Part shown: piece by piece, positions 33,020 through 43,029 of the stretch
Layout of the letters: each line of letters opens with the position of its first letter
How positions within the stretch are numbered: position 1 is the stretch's first letter
From: an uncultured Gammaproteobacteria bacterium
GTDB lineage: Bacteria; Patescibacteriota; Microgenomatia; Woykebacterales; RBG-16-39-9b
NCBI GenBank assembly: GCA_964367355.1
Contig: CAYIWY010000004.1
Coordinates: 35,976-99,975 of the forward strand
Direction: 5' to 3'
DNA: 64,000 bases
Program-made: the position numbers and the translations under genes
The notes under the pieces: model-generated
What the model was told of the DNA's origin: nothing
The model's database searches: none
The model's input: only the letters and a program-made list of their open reading frames with translations

Positions 33020-34921
33020 ATGAAAGCTAAATTCTTAAAAATAGTTTCTGCGCTGCTATTTTTTTCTGTTCTTTTAACACCAGTGTCTTTGATCCCAAAA
33101 GCACAGGCAGCCTCACAATTTTCAGTTAGTTTAGATTATTCTTTTACTTTTCAAGACAATGGAGTAGCGAATGTCAGCCAAAAGGTTACGAGCAAAAATT
33201 TAACTAAGGATTATTTCACACAAAAATATAGTACTACCATACACAACAAAAACGTCACCAATGTTTCCGGTTCGGACGGTTCGGGAAGTATTGCTGTAAC
33301 TAGCGAAGTTGTTAACGAGTCCACGGTTATAACTGCAGTACTGAAGCAGGAAGTAGTAGGTTTAAATGAATCGGTAACTTTCACTATCAACTATTCGACT
33401 GATTCATTTGCGATCAAACGGGGAAAAATTTGGGATGTTTCAATACCGCAAATAGAGACCAGTGAAAATGTTGCCAGCTATCAGGTCACAATTTCTGTGC
33501 CAGATAGTTTTGGAAAGTTGGTCAAAATCGCGCCGAATTCAGTTTCGCAAAGTGAGGCTGAGGGACACAAATCCTACGTTTTCACAAAGAATAGTTTAAA
33601 TAATTCCCGGATTGGCGCTTCTTTTGGAGATTATCAACAGTTTAAATTTACCTTGAAGTATCGTTATAAAAACACCAAGGTTTATGCCGTTAAAGCGACA
33701 ATTGCACTTCCTCCGGATACTGAATACCAGGCTTTATATTACAAAGATATTGATCCGCGACCCGTCGAACTTCGGACAGATTTTGATGGAAACTATCTGG
33801 CTGATTACATTATCAAACCTGGAAAAAAACTTGAGGTTATAGCAAGTGGGGATGTGAAAATCATCGATTCCAACACTCCGCTGCAAAAACCAAAAACTTG
33901 GACTGAAACAGATTTGGAAAAATTTACTAAAAGCGACAAGTATATTGAGGTAGACAATCGGCAAATTCAAAAGAAAGCTAAGGAATTAAAAAATATTGAT
34001 GAAATATATAACTTTGTTGTTTCAGCAGTCAAATACGATTTTACCCGCCTAGAAACCAATAAATACAATCGTCGCGGCGCACTAGCAACAATTAACCAAC
34101 CAGATAAATCTATCTGTGTTGACTTCGCTGATCTTTTTGTCGCACTAGCTCGGGCTAAAGGAATCCCTGCTCGCGGTTTGGTTGGTTATGGCTATTCGGA
34201 CGACACAAGCAAAAGACCAACTAAAATCGAAGGTTTGGTAAACTCAACCGTTTTACACGCTTGGGCGGAATACTATGATAAAAGCCAAAAGCGTTGGATC
34301 CAGGTCGATCCGACTTGGGGTTCGACTACAGGCGGAGTGGACTATTTTAACAGAATTGACACCAACCACTTTGTTTTCGTGATCAACGGCGTTTCCAGTA
34401 CTTTACCGATTCCAGCGGGTGGTTACAAAACTTCAGTCAATCAAACCGATGATGTCAGCGTAAAATTCTCCGATGAGAAGTTGTTTGAGAGCGCTATGCC
34501 AGATATTAGTTTGTCGCTTGAACAAATTGTTTCTGGATTCCCGGCAACAAGTAAACTTAAAATAACTAATAATTACGGTCGAGCTCTTTTTAATGCTGTC
34601 ATTGAAATCGAGAGCAGCAAAACCTTAAAGCTAATCAAGCCAAATAAAGTAACTATTGGAATCCTCCTACCTTTTGCGTCAAACTCTTACGATATTAAAC
34701 TAAGAAGTGATTCATTATTGGACAATCAAGTGGAAAATATTAAACTTAAATTTAGTGCCGTTGGTGATAAGGGTGAAACAGAAAAAAGACTGGCCAAGGA
34801 ACTGAAAATTAAGCCCTTTTTTAGTTTTCAAATCCCGCAAATAATGCTTTTGATTTTTTTAATCATTACTTTGACTTCTTGGGTTCATCACTTTCAAGTT
34901 AAACGCAAGCTTAAGGCTTGA
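33020..34921 (+). CDS. Secreted/membrane-anchored transglutaminase-like domain protein
   Basis: Signal peptide; CVDFA...GIPAR...HAWAEYY...VDPTW triad; C-terminal TM. Confidence 0.88.
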   Translation: MKAKFLKIVSALLFFSVLLTPVSLIPKAQAASQFSVSLDYSFTFQDNGVANVSQKVTSKNLTKDYFTQKYSTTIHNKNVTNVSGSDGSGSIAVTSEVVNESTVITAVLKQEVVGLNESVTFTINYSTDSFAIKRGKIWDVSIPQIETSENVASYQVTISVPDSFGKLVKIAPNSVSQSEAEGHKSYVFTKNSLNNSRIGASFGDYQQFKFTLKYRYKNTKVYAVKATIALPPDTEYQALYYKDIDPRPVELRTDFDGNYLADYIIKPGKKLEVIASGDVKIIDSNTPLQKPKTWTETDLEKFTKSDKYIEVDNRQIQKKAKELKNIDEIYNFVVSAVKYDFTRLETNKYNRRGALATINQPDKSICVDFADLFVALARAKGIPARGLVGYGYSDDTSKRPTKIEGLVNSTVLHAWAEYYDKSQKRWIQVDPTWGSTTGGVDYFNRIDTNHFVFVINGVSSTLPIPAGGYKTSVNQTDDVSVKFSDEKLFESAMPDISLSLEQIVSGFPATSKLKITNNYGRALFNAVIEIESSKTLKLIKPNKVTIGILLPFASNSYDIKLRSDSLLDNQVENIKLKFSAVGDKGETEKRLAKELKIKPFFSFQIPQIMLLIFLIITLTSWVHHFQVKRKLKA

Positions 34922-34950
34922 TACCCCTGACCTCGTGGTAAAATAGCCAC

Positions 34951-36207
34951 ATGAATTTGAATTTAAAAAAATTACCCTCAAATCCTGGTGTTTACCTTTT
35001 CAAAGATAAATTCGGAAAAATAATCTATGTCGGAAAAGCGATAAATCTAAAAAGTCGCGTGGGGAGTTATTTTCAAAAAAATCTCCAAAATGAGAAATCA
35101 AGAATTCTGGTTTCAGAGATAGTTGGGCTTGAAACCATTCGAGTACAGTCAGAAATCGAAGCGCTTTTGTTGGAAGTAAAACTAATTAAAAAATTTCAAC
35201 CCCAATTTAACGCTCAATTAAAGGACGACAAGGATTATCTTTATATTCTAGTTACTAAGGAGAAATACCCGGCGGTTATTACCGGAAGGAAGCAGGATTT
35301 AGGTAAGGCGAAACCTTATTTTGGTCCTTTCCCCAGTGCCAATGCAGCGAGAATAACCCTCAAAACCTTGAGAAGAATTTTACCGTTTCGGATCAATTGC
35401 ACACCGTTACAAAACAGAGCTTGTTTAGGTTATCATATTGGACTATGTCCAGGGGTGTGTGCTGGGAAAATTTCGGTTCAAGAATACGCAAAAATTATTA
35501 CTAGGATTAAAAAATTCCTGAACGGGGACAGTCAGCAGCTAATTTTTGAACTAGAGGGGGAAGTTAAAAAGCTTTCAAAAGAACTAGAATTTGAAAAAGC
35601 AGCCTTGATTCAGAACAAAATAAATTCAATCAAACATATTACTCAAAAAGTCGAATCAGTCGAAAAATACCTTAGCGGCCCTTCAATTTTGGAGTCAAAG
35701 TATCAATCCCAACTTGAGGGCTTAAAAAATGCACTTGATTTGAATAAAATACCAGAAAGAATCGAATGCTATGATATTTCCAATATTTCTGGTACCAGTT
35801 CTACCGGTTCGATGGTGGTTTTAACAGAAGGTCAGGTAACAAAGAGTGAATATCGCCGCTTTAAAATAAAAAAAGTTAAAGGTATAAATGATCCGGCAAT
35901 GATGAAAGAAGTTTTGGAGAGAAGATTTAGAAATAAATGGCAAAAGCCAGATTTGATAATTGTTGATGGTGGTAAACAACAGCTTTCAGCCGGATTGGAC
36001 GTACTAAATAAGTTTAATCTGCAAATTCCAATCTTTGGTTTAGCCAAAAAACTTGAGGAAATTTATATACCTGGTAAAAAGACCACCATCAGATTTAAGC
36101 CCAATTCACCAGCTCTTTTTTTGCTGCAACGTATTCGTGATGAAGCTCATCGGTTTGCAATAGGCTACCATCGACTCTTGCGCAGCAAAAGTTTTTTGCA
36201 AAAGTAG
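34951..36207 (+). CDS. uvrC: Excinuclease ABC subunit C (short, no C-terminal HhH)
   Basis: PGVY...YVGKA; ECYDISN; IVDGG; IRDEAHRFA. Confidence 0.93.
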   Translation: MNLNLKKLPSNPGVYLFKDKFGKIIYVGKAINLKSRVGSYFQKNLQNEKSRILVSEIVGLETIRVQSEIEALLLEVKLIKKFQPQFNAQLKDDKDYLYILVTKEKYPAVITGRKQDLGKAKPYFGPFPSANAARITLKTLRRILPFRINCTPLQNRACLGYHIGLCPGVCAGKISVQEYAKIITRIKKFLNGDSQQLIFELEGEVKKLSKELEFEKAALIQNKINSIKHITQKVESVEKYLSGPSILESKYQSQLEGLKNALDLNKIPERIECYDISNISGTSSTGSMVVLTEGQVTKSEYRRFKIKKVKGINDPAMMKEVLERRFRNKWQKPDLIIVDGGKQQLSAGLDVLNKFNLQIPIFGLAKKLEEIYIPGKKTTIRFKPNSPALFLLQRIRDEAHRFAIGYHRLLRSKSFLQK

Positions 36208-36250
36208 TTTTGACTCTTCTTTTTTTTGCTGTTAGAATTTAGCTTAAAGT

Positions 36251-36652
36251 ATGAAAAAATATGCCCGCTCAATTGTAACCTCGCTACTAGCCTTTGGATT
36301 AGTTGCTTATTTTTATCCTGGTTTTAGTTATCACAACAACTATTACACACTTTTGTTAGCTGGGGGAATTTTTGCACTTTTGACAATTTTTGTTAAGCCA
36401 ATTTTAAAACTATTGTCCCTACCGTTTAATCTAATCACCTTTGGTCTGTTTAGTTTTTTCATAAATATAATTATTCTTTACAGCATTAGTTATTTTGTCC
36501 ATGATTTCAAAATAGTTGGCTTTCATTTTCCAGGCTTAACTTTGAGCGGTTTCTTCCTCCCGGCTTATGATCTGAATCAGTTAGTCTCAGCTTTGGTTGC
36601 TAGTGTTATCATCGGAATGTTCTCAACCTTTCTTCACTGGATTTTCAAATAA
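36251..36652 (+). CDS. 4-TM phage-holin-like (YvlD) family membrane protein
   Basis: VKPILKLLSLPFNLITFGLF. Confidence 0.8.
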   Translation: MKKYARSIVTSLLAFGLVAYFYPGFSYHNNYYTLLLAGGIFALLTIFVKPILKLLSLPFNLITFGLFSFFINIIILYSISYFVHDFKIVGFHFPGLTLSGFFLPAYDLNQLVSALVASVIIGMFSTFLHWIFK

Positions 36653-36694
36653 GTTGCCTTATCCTGAGGGTGTGTGCTAATATATCCACTGTTT

Positions 36695-36922
36695 ATGATA
36701 GAAAAAATACTTTTAGTCGCCCAAGTAATAGTCGCCGTCGCACTGGTAACAACCATCATTCTCCAACAAAAAGGTAGTGGTGTGGGTGGGGTTTTTGGCG
36801 GGGGATCTGCAGTTTACAGAAGTCGTCGGGGAGCAGAAAAAATTATGCATTACGCAACTATAGTTTGTGCAATTCTTCTTGGTGTAATTTCACTTACCCT
36901 CGTTCTCTACGCTGCCAGATAG
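36695..36922 (+). CDS. secG: Preprotein translocase subunit SecG
   Basis: ILQQKGSGVGGVFGG...RRGAEK. Confidence 0.9.
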   Translation: MIEKILLVAQVIVAVALVTTIILQQKGSGVGGVFGGGSAVYRSRRGAEKIMHYATIVCAILLGVISLTLVLYAAR

Positions 36923-36950
36923 TTTTTACATACTTGCTATTAAGTATTTT

Positions 36951-38546
36951 ATGGCAAAAAAGTTTCGTTTTTTTTATCGCCTTACTTTCGCTCTAATTAA
37001 AAAAGAGTGGAAAAAGATTTCTCTTGTTTTGCTTTCTTTTAGCGTAATTTTAATTTTTCTGGTCTTTTTTAGCCAATTTGTACTGAGCGCAATTGCCAAT
37101 ACAACCGGCAAGGTAATCAAACCCTTATATGTAGAAGCCTTAGTCGGCAAACCAACGACTTTTAACCCATTGTTTAGTAAGACTGAAGCTGAAAAAGAGA
37201 TCAACAGTTTAGTTTTTCGCGGCTTGATAAAAATTTCTCCTGAGGGTTTGCCGGTTGGCGACCTGGCTGAAAAATATGAAATCAAGAATGACACTGAGTA
37301 CACATTTTATCTGAAAAAAGATGTCCGTTGGCAAGATGGTGCTAAATTTACTGCTGATGACGTGGTTTATACAATCCAAACTGGCCAAAATTCACTCTAC
37401 AATTCCGAAATTGAGGACACCTTTAGGGATGTTTCTGTAAATAAAAAGGACGATTATACGGTTGTCTTTCAACTGCAGGAAGCCTTCTCCCCGTTTTTAT
37501 CCGCGTTGACTGTTGGAATAATTCCGCGACACATAAAATTAACTGATTATCGTCCGATTGGAACAGGAGACTTTCGATTTGTGGAAATTAAAGATGGGCA
37601 TTCAATTTTGGAAGGAAATAAAGCTAGGATTAAATTTCAATACTATCCAACCACACAAACCGCAGAAACCGCAGTCAAACTTAGTCAAGTTCATGGTTTA
37701 CCAAATTATGGTTCTTTAGGGAACACCTTTAAGGGATGGTCGAATTTTCAAGTAAAAATCTCAACCTTAGCTTACCAAGAGGTTATGGCTTTTTTTAATC
37801 TAAAAGATGAGGTTTTGAAGGAAAAACTCGTTCGTCAAGCACTTTCCTTTGCAACACCAAAAGAAGAAATTTTGAATAATTCATTTGGAAAAAAAGGCAC
37901 AATTGCCTTTAATTCTCTTCCCAACCTCCCAACTTTTCAAAATAAAGCAGTGGAAAAATACCCTTACAATCTTGAAAAGAGCAGCACAATGTTAAACAAT
38001 GCTGGTTGGATTTTAAAAGACGACTTTCGTTACAAGGATAACAAAAAATTGACTCTGACTATAACAACGATTGATAATCCGGAGTTTGAGGATTCGGCGG
38101 TCAAAATGCGAAATTCTTTTCGAAAAGTTGGTGTCGATGCTGAGGTAATTATTGTTTCTGGATCAGAGCTGACAACTAAAATTGTTCCAAATCGTGATTT
38201 TTCGATACTATTAACTTCTCAGCTTTTAGACCCCGATCCTGACCAGTATGTTTTGTGGCACACAACACAAACAAAAGAATCCAATGTATCTGGAATTGCG
38301 ACTGCCAAGATCGATAAGTTGCTGGAAGACGGTCGAAAAACTGCTGACCAGAAAGTACGGTCCGAAAAGTACCAAGAGTTTACGCGAATACTCCTTGATG
38401 AAGAGCCGGCTATTTTTCTTTATTACCCTCGCTACGTCTGGTTGGTATCAAAGAGAATTCAAAATATCGACTTAAAGAATTTTCGAAGTTCTGCAGATAG
38501 GTTTCAAAGTATTGATAGGTGGGTTATTAATAAACCACTACTTTAG
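36951..38546 (+). CDS. ABC substrate-binding protein, family 5 (OppA-like)
   Basis: RWQDGAKFTADDVVYT; PIGTGDF; VRQALS. Confidence 0.9.
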   Translation: MAKKFRFFYRLTFALIKKEWKKISLVLLSFSVILIFLVFFSQFVLSAIANTTGKVIKPLYVEALVGKPTTFNPLFSKTEAEKEINSLVFRGLIKISPEGLPVGDLAEKYEIKNDTEYTFYLKKDVRWQDGAKFTADDVVYTIQTGQNSLYNSEIEDTFRDVSVNKKDDYTVVFQLQEAFSPFLSALTVGIIPRHIKLTDYRPIGTGDFRFVEIKDGHSILEGNKARIKFQYYPTTQTAETAVKLSQVHGLPNYGSLGNTFKGWSNFQVKISTLAYQEVMAFFNLKDEVLKEKLVRQALSFATPKEEILNNSFGKKGTIAFNSLPNLPTFQNKAVEKYPYNLEKSSTMLNNAGWILKDDFRYKDNKKLTLTITTIDNPEFEDSAVKMRNSFRKVGVDAEVIIVSGSELTTKIVPNRDFSILLTSQLLDPDPDQYVLWHTTQTKESNVSGIATAKIDKLLEDGRKTADQKVRSEKYQEFTRILLDEEPAIFLYYPRYVWLVSKRIQNIDLKNFRSSADRFQSIDRWVINKPLL

Positions 38547-38549
38547 TAG

Positions 38550-38793
38550 GAAAAAGACCACGAAGTGCAAAGTGCCAAACAAGTTGTTTGTGCAAATGTT
38601 ATTCGTGGTCTCTTAGGTTGAACTTTCTAACGCTACTTTCCTTTTCTACGTCAGCCAATCTCCCTTTTAGTAAGCTTTAAACCTACAAGATTGTCTGACG
38701 TAGAAACAGTTCATCCGTTTCGTCTAAAGTCTACGTAAGACCACTTGTTAAAGCTCACTGTCCCTTTCAGGACACTAGTAGCGTTTGTGACGC
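38550..38793 (-). ncRNA. Candidate ~240-nt pseudoknotted ncRNA
   Basis: TTGACT-17-TATAAA promoter, closing 9-bp stem, 12-bp hairpin, 12-bp loop pseudoknot, terminal stem plus U-tract. Confidence 0.65.
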
Positions 38794-38860
38794 AGGTGCT
38801 TTATAGCACAAAAAAGGCCGATAGTCAATTGTTTAGCTAGATGATATAATGAATTAATAC

Positions 38861-38936
38861 GCGCCCATAGCTCAGCGGATAGAGCAGGACGGTTCTAACG
38901 TCAAGGTCGGGGGTTCGAATCCCTCTGGGCGCGCCA
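38861..38936 (+). tRNA. tRNA-Arg(UCU)
   Basis: Cloverleaf, anticodon TCT, GTTCGAATC, CCA. Confidence 0.93.
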
Positions 38937-38983
38937 ACTACAAAAATTAAAGGACAGCCAAATAATTTAGCTGTCCTTGTTGT

Positions 38984-40117
38984 TTAGATTGTAAATCGAT
39001 CCTCAAGTGTATTAGCACCGGGCATGGAAAGTACTTCCGCATTTGCTGCTTTTACTCTCGGGTCGTCCAAATCTGGGGTGACACCGATGAAAAATTGGGC
39101 AACACCGGATGGGAGTATTGTCTGGGCCATTGTGGTCGTTTTGTCGACCTCGTGTTTGTCGAAACAACCAAGAACCTGAGCCAGTAATCCAACGATGTTT
39201 TCCGGCTCTGAAAATTCAAAACCAACCGCACCGCCGTTTAAGTCCCCGAGAACCCGGACAAGCCAGTCACTGATTGCAAGAACTTTATCCAAGGTTTCCT
39301 TTTCGATCATCTCCCGGGAACGCTTCATCTCCGCTGCAATTTGAGCAGTGTTTCCGTTCTTTATCATTTGCGATAAATCAGCAAAAACATCTGCTAAAGT
39401 ATCTACCAATTTGGGTCCGTCAGGATGGCTGGTAATGATTTCCGATACCACGTCCTGCTGACCTAGACTGCGGATTGCTCCAAAAGCTTGAAGTTTGGCA
39501 GGTGCGCCAGCAACCTTAAGCATCTGAGTTACATCGATGTTGGATCTTTGCCAGACCATACCGACTGCGACTGCCAATATCATTGGCAAGAGTTGTGACC
39601 CTTTAGTGAGAGCGTCGTGTTCCGCAATCGTTCTTTCGGCCAATTTTGCCTTTTTGGCCTCAAGCAGGTTAACCATCCAGGTTTTCCACCTAGGATTTAG
39701 CAATTCCTGTGGGAAACCAAAGACGATTGATTGTCCGTGTAATGACCGCACATTTGGCGCGATCATAAAATGGACAAAACCGGTGTCCACCCTAAACACT
39801 TTTAAGGTTTGCCACTCTAGTACGTTCCCGATTGGGAAATCGCGCACCTGCTGGATTGAGCTTCCATGCAACCATAAAGTATTGGGACAGGCATGGACGA
39901 CTAAACGTCGCATCGTGGGGGCAACATCTGCTAGCGGTAGGATCGAAAAAATGACAACGTCGGATTTGGCAATAACTTCTGCATTGCTCAAACCATCCGG
40001 GTCACTAATGTCTGATCCAATTACTTCAAGACCTGCTTCTCTGAACAGGGGCTCGTAAATGTTTCGAGCCATCTTTCCTTGATTACCGATGATTCCAACA
40101 ACTTTGGCAGGAAACAT
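38984..40117 (-). CDS. Prephenate dehydrogenase-like protein with C-terminal ACT-like domain
   Basis: Rossmann VGIIGNQGKM, VHFMIAP (HPMFGP-like), EHD..Q motif; C-terminal VGLLAQVLGCF. Confidence 0.65.
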   Translation of the reverse strand: MFPAKVVGIIGNQGKMARNIYEPLFREAGLEVIGSDISDPDGLSNAEVIAKSDVVIFSILPLADVAPTMRRLVVHACPNTLWLHGSSIQQVRDFPIGNVLEWQTLKVFRVDTGFVHFMIAPNVRSLHGQSIVFGFPQELLNPRWKTWMVNLLEAKKAKLAERTIAEHDALTKGSQLLPMILAVAVGMVWQRSNIDVTQMLKVAGAPAKLQAFGAIRSLGQQDVVSEIITSHPDGPKLVDTLADVFADLSQMIKNGNTAQIAAEMKRSREMIEKETLDKVLAISDWLVRVLGDLNGGAVGFEFSEPENIVGLLAQVLGCFDKHEVDKTTTMAQTILPSGVAQFFIGVTPDLDDPRVKAANAEVLSMPGANTLEDRFTI

Positions 40118-40217
40118 CCCCAAACCTCCTTCTTTCTTAGAATGTGTGGGGAGTATAACAGGATTTTTGACCTAAGTCAAAGCTATAGGGTAATAGTTTT
40201 TACAGGCGAAATATATT

Positions 40218-40293
40218 TGGTGAGCGACCTGGGACTCGAACCCAGAACCGATTGCTTAAGAGGCAATTGCTCTACCGATTGAGCTAGTCGCCC
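40218..40293 (-). tRNA. tRNA-Lys(CUU)
   Basis: Cloverleaf, anticodon CTT, CCA. Confidence 0.95.
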
Positions 40294-40337
40294 CCGCCCG
40301 CCAAGCAAGGCTAGCTTGCTAGGCGTTGCGGGCGGGC
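40294..40337. repeat. GC-rich palindrome between tRNA-Lys and the GIY-YIG gene
   Basis: CCCGC..GCGGG outer stem with an inner AGCAAG/CTTGCT stem. Confidence 0.7.
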
Positions 40338-40356
40338 ACGAAGCCCACCCACCAAG

Positions 40357-40602
40357 TTAAGTTTTTGATATTCTACTTTTTAAAAATCTCCTACCAAAGC
40401 CTGTTTTAAAATATTTCTCTCGTTTTATAGCATCATTCTGAACAAGACACGCTTCGTAATAAACTAGTTTCAAGGGCCGTCGATCTTTAGTTGAAGGAAC
40501 AAAACCGTGACTATGTTCTTCAAATCTTTCCTTCAGGTTACTTGTAAAGCCAATATAGAATTTACTATCTTTTTGACTTAGTAAAACGTACGTGAAGTAC
40601 AT
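40357..40602 (-). CDS. Small GIY-YIG nuclease family protein
   Basis: YFTYVL...FYIGFTSNLKERFEEH...REKYFK. Confidence 0.9.
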   Translation of the reverse strand: MYFTYVLLSQKDSKFYIGFTSNLKERFEEHSHGFVPSTKDRRPLKLVYYEACLVQNDAIKREKYFKTGFGRRFLKSRISKT

Positions 40603-40690
40603 CTGACCCTCATATTACCATTTTAAAGCTAATTTTTCAATTAATCTTTGTTGTTTCTTATGTTTTCAAAATATATTACACTGTTATTTC

Positions 40691-41614
40691 ATGGAAAATG
40701 TTTTGGAAGTTAAAAATTTAGTTAAAAATTTTGGCGACTTTCGAGCAGTTAACAATATTTCTTTTTCGGTACCAAAAGGGAAGATTATTGGTTTACTCGG
40801 TCCCAATGGGGCGGGGAAGACAACAACGATTCACATGCTGCTTGGAGTAACGAGTCAAACTTCCGGCAAAGTAGCATTTTTTGGTCAGAACTATGCTATA
40901 AATCGTTCGGAAATACTTCAGAAAGTTGGCTACGTTTCAGCTTTCAATACTCTTCAGGGCAGAATTTCTGTCTGGGAAAATCTTAATGTTTTCGCCCATT
41001 TATACGGCATTAAAAACCCAAAGGAAAAAATCGCGCAGCTTGTTGACTACTTTGAAATTAAAGATTTGTTAAACCAAAGGTATTGGGATCTTTCTTCGGG
41101 ACAGAAGACCCGCGTTAATTTAATTAAAGCTTTTATCAACGAACCAGAATTAGTTTTGATGGATGAACCGACTGCCAGCCTAGATCCGGATATTGCTGAT
41201 AAAACAATTACTTTCATTGAGGAAAAACGTAAGTCCAAAAATACTTCAATTCTTTATACCAGCCACGATATGGAAGAGGTGACAAGAATTTGCGATGAGG
41301 TTATTTTTCTTGATCACGGTAAAATCTTTGCACAAGACACGCCACTCGGTTTAACTAAGAAAATCGAATTCGCCACTTTAAATCTGACTTTCGACGGCGA
41401 AAAAGCAAAAGTTGAAGAGTTTCTAAAAAAAGAAAAAGAAGAGTTTGAATTCACCCATACTTATTCGGTGACGATTAAAACTAAGGAAAAAAGGATTCCA
41501 AAACTAATTTTTGGTCTCTCTGAAGAGGATATTTGGATTACTGATATTGAGGTTAAAAAGCCAACACTAGAAGATGTGTTTTTAAAGATTGCCAGGGGTA
41601 AAAATGAATCTTAG
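40691..41614 (+). CDS. ABC exporter ATP-binding protein
   Basis: GPNGAGKTT, LSSGQ, MDEPT. Confidence 0.93.
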   Translation: MENVLEVKNLVKNFGDFRAVNNISFSVPKGKIIGLLGPNGAGKTTTIHMLLGVTSQTSGKVAFFGQNYAINRSEILQKVGYVSAFNTLQGRISVWENLNVFAHLYGIKNPKEKIAQLVDYFEIKDLLNQRYWDLSSGQKTRVNLIKAFINEPELVLMDEPTASLDPDIADKTITFIEEKRKSKNTSILYTSHDMEEVTRICDEVIFLDHGKIFAQDTPLGLTKKIEFATLNLTFDGEKAKVEEFLKKEKEEFEFTHTYSVTIKTKEKRIPKLIFGLSEEDIWITDIEVKKPTLEDVFLKIARGKNES

Positions 41615-42392
41615 ACGAATTTACGCAGTTTTGCTGCAGGAACTCTATATCACCAAACATTCACTTGAAGTGATGATTGATCTATTTTTCTTTTCAACGA
41701 TCACAATCATAGGATTTGGATTGACTTCAGTATTTCTTACCGGGAAGATCGATGGGGCTTCGGCATATTACCTAATACTTGGTTTATTACTTTGGGAGAT
41801 TGTTCGGGTTGATCAGTATTCAATTTCGGTTGGAGCTTTGTGGAATATCTGGTCACGTAACCTAAGCAATATGTTTGTTTCCCCGCTTTCAATGGCAGAA
41901 TATATTGGCGCTTTAATGTTTTCCGCGATTATTAAAAGTAGCTTGGTTTTTGTTTTGCTATCGATTTTGACCGCAATATTGTTTAAATTTAATATTTTTA
42001 ATCTTGGGGTAGTCAACCTTTTATTATTCTTTATAAATTTGACTCTGTTTTCTTGGACAATTGGTTTGCTGCTTTTAGGTTTAATATTTCTCTACGGTAC
42101 CAGAATACAAGCTCTGGCCTGGGGTTTGATTTTTCTTTTTCAACCACTTGTGGCGACCTTTTTTCCGGTTACGGTCTTACCAAAATTTATTCAACCGCTT
42201 TCATATGCCCTGCCTCCAACCTATGTTTTTGAGGCAGCACGGGTTGCGATTGAGAGCAGAGGGGTTAACTGGACTTACTTTGGAATTTCTTTTACCGAAA
42301 ACCTCGTGTATCTACTCCTAGGCCTTTTACTTTTTAGGGTGATGTACAACAAATCCAAAGCCACCGGCCAATTCGTCCGCAACGAAGGCTAA
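41604..42392 (+). CDS. ABC-2 type permease
   Basis: About 6 TMs; FFPVTVLP...LPPTY; coupled to the ATPase. Confidence 0.88.
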   Translation: MNLRRIYAVLLQELYITKHSLEVMIDLFFFSTITIIGFGLTSVFLTGKIDGASAYYLILGLLLWEIVRVDQYSISVGALWNIWSRNLSNMFVSPLSMAEYIGALMFSAIIKSSLVFVLLSILTAILFKFNIFNLGVVNLLLFFINLTLFSWTIGLLLLGLIFLYGTRIQALAWGLIFLFQPLVATFFPVTVLPKFIQPLSYALPPTYVFEAARVAIESRGVNWTYFGISFTENLVYLLLGLLLFRVMYNKSKATGQFVRNEG

Positions 42393-42437
42393 ACCCATAG
42401 TATTGACTTTTGGACATAAATACCCTATAATAATAGG

Positions 42438-42635
42438 GTGATGGTACTTCAAGTTCTAGGCACAACTCTAATTAAATTTTCAATACTCCTAGTGATAGGA
42501 GGAATTTTGGTGCTTGGTTTAAATCTAAAAGTGCCTATGAAAACGACTCAGGGGACTAGCTTTCAATCTCAAGCTACGGTTTTAACACTAGATTGTAATG
42601 CCGAAGGCCTTTGTGAACTTACTCTGCAAAAATGA
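42438..42635 (+). CDS. Small membrane-anchored hypothetical protein
   Basis: TTGACT-17-TATAAT promoter; N-terminal TM. Confidence 0.5.
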   Translation: MMVLQVLGTTLIKFSILLVIGGILVLGLNLKVPMKTTQGTSFQSQATVLTLDCNAEGLCELTLQK

Positions 42636-42737
42636 ACCTCCGAGGGTTAAAACCCTCGGTTTCATCTCTAGAGTTTCGTTTTCTTCGACCTTCATCCGTG
42701 GATTAAGAATCCACGGTTTTCGGTACGCGAAAATAAA
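42631..42737. mobile_element. 107-bp two-hairpin miniature element, copy 1
   Basis: CCGAGGG/CCCTCGG and CCGTGGATT/AATCCACGG hairpins; near-identical copy at 61704. Confidence 0.8.
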
Positions 42738-42792
42738 TACAGAAATAACTAGTACCTTGACAAATACTCTAGGATATGTTATATAATTACTG

Positions 42793-43029
42793 ATGTATAG
42801 AGAGATACACCAAAGGCAATACTGGAAGAAAAAAGCCTTAGCAGGCTTGTACCTGATTTTTATACTCGCCACCGTCGGCGAGATTTTTTTAACCTTAAAT
42901 CACCTTAAAGAAGCCAGAATTAAAAATATTGAAGTCGAAGAAAGTGTAACTATACCAATCCATCTACCTGAAAGCACTCATTACGAATTCATTCGAATAG
43001 AAAGACTACAAAGGTACAAAGAAAACTAG
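42793..43029 (+). CDS. Small single-TM hypothetical protein
   Basis: TTGACA and TATAAT upstream; one TM. Confidence 0.5.
   Translation: MYREIHQRQYWKKKALAGLYLIFILATVGEIFLTLNHLKEARIKNIEVEESVTIPIHLPESTHYEFIRIERLQRYKEN

Noticed and set aside
36251-36652. Prophage suggested by the holin-family gene
   Set aside because: YvlD-type proteins are chromosomal and there are no phage structural or lysis genes nearby.
38700-38780. Hammerhead ribozyme in the 240-nt RNA (contains CGAAAC)
   Set aside because: No CUGANGA core in the required position.
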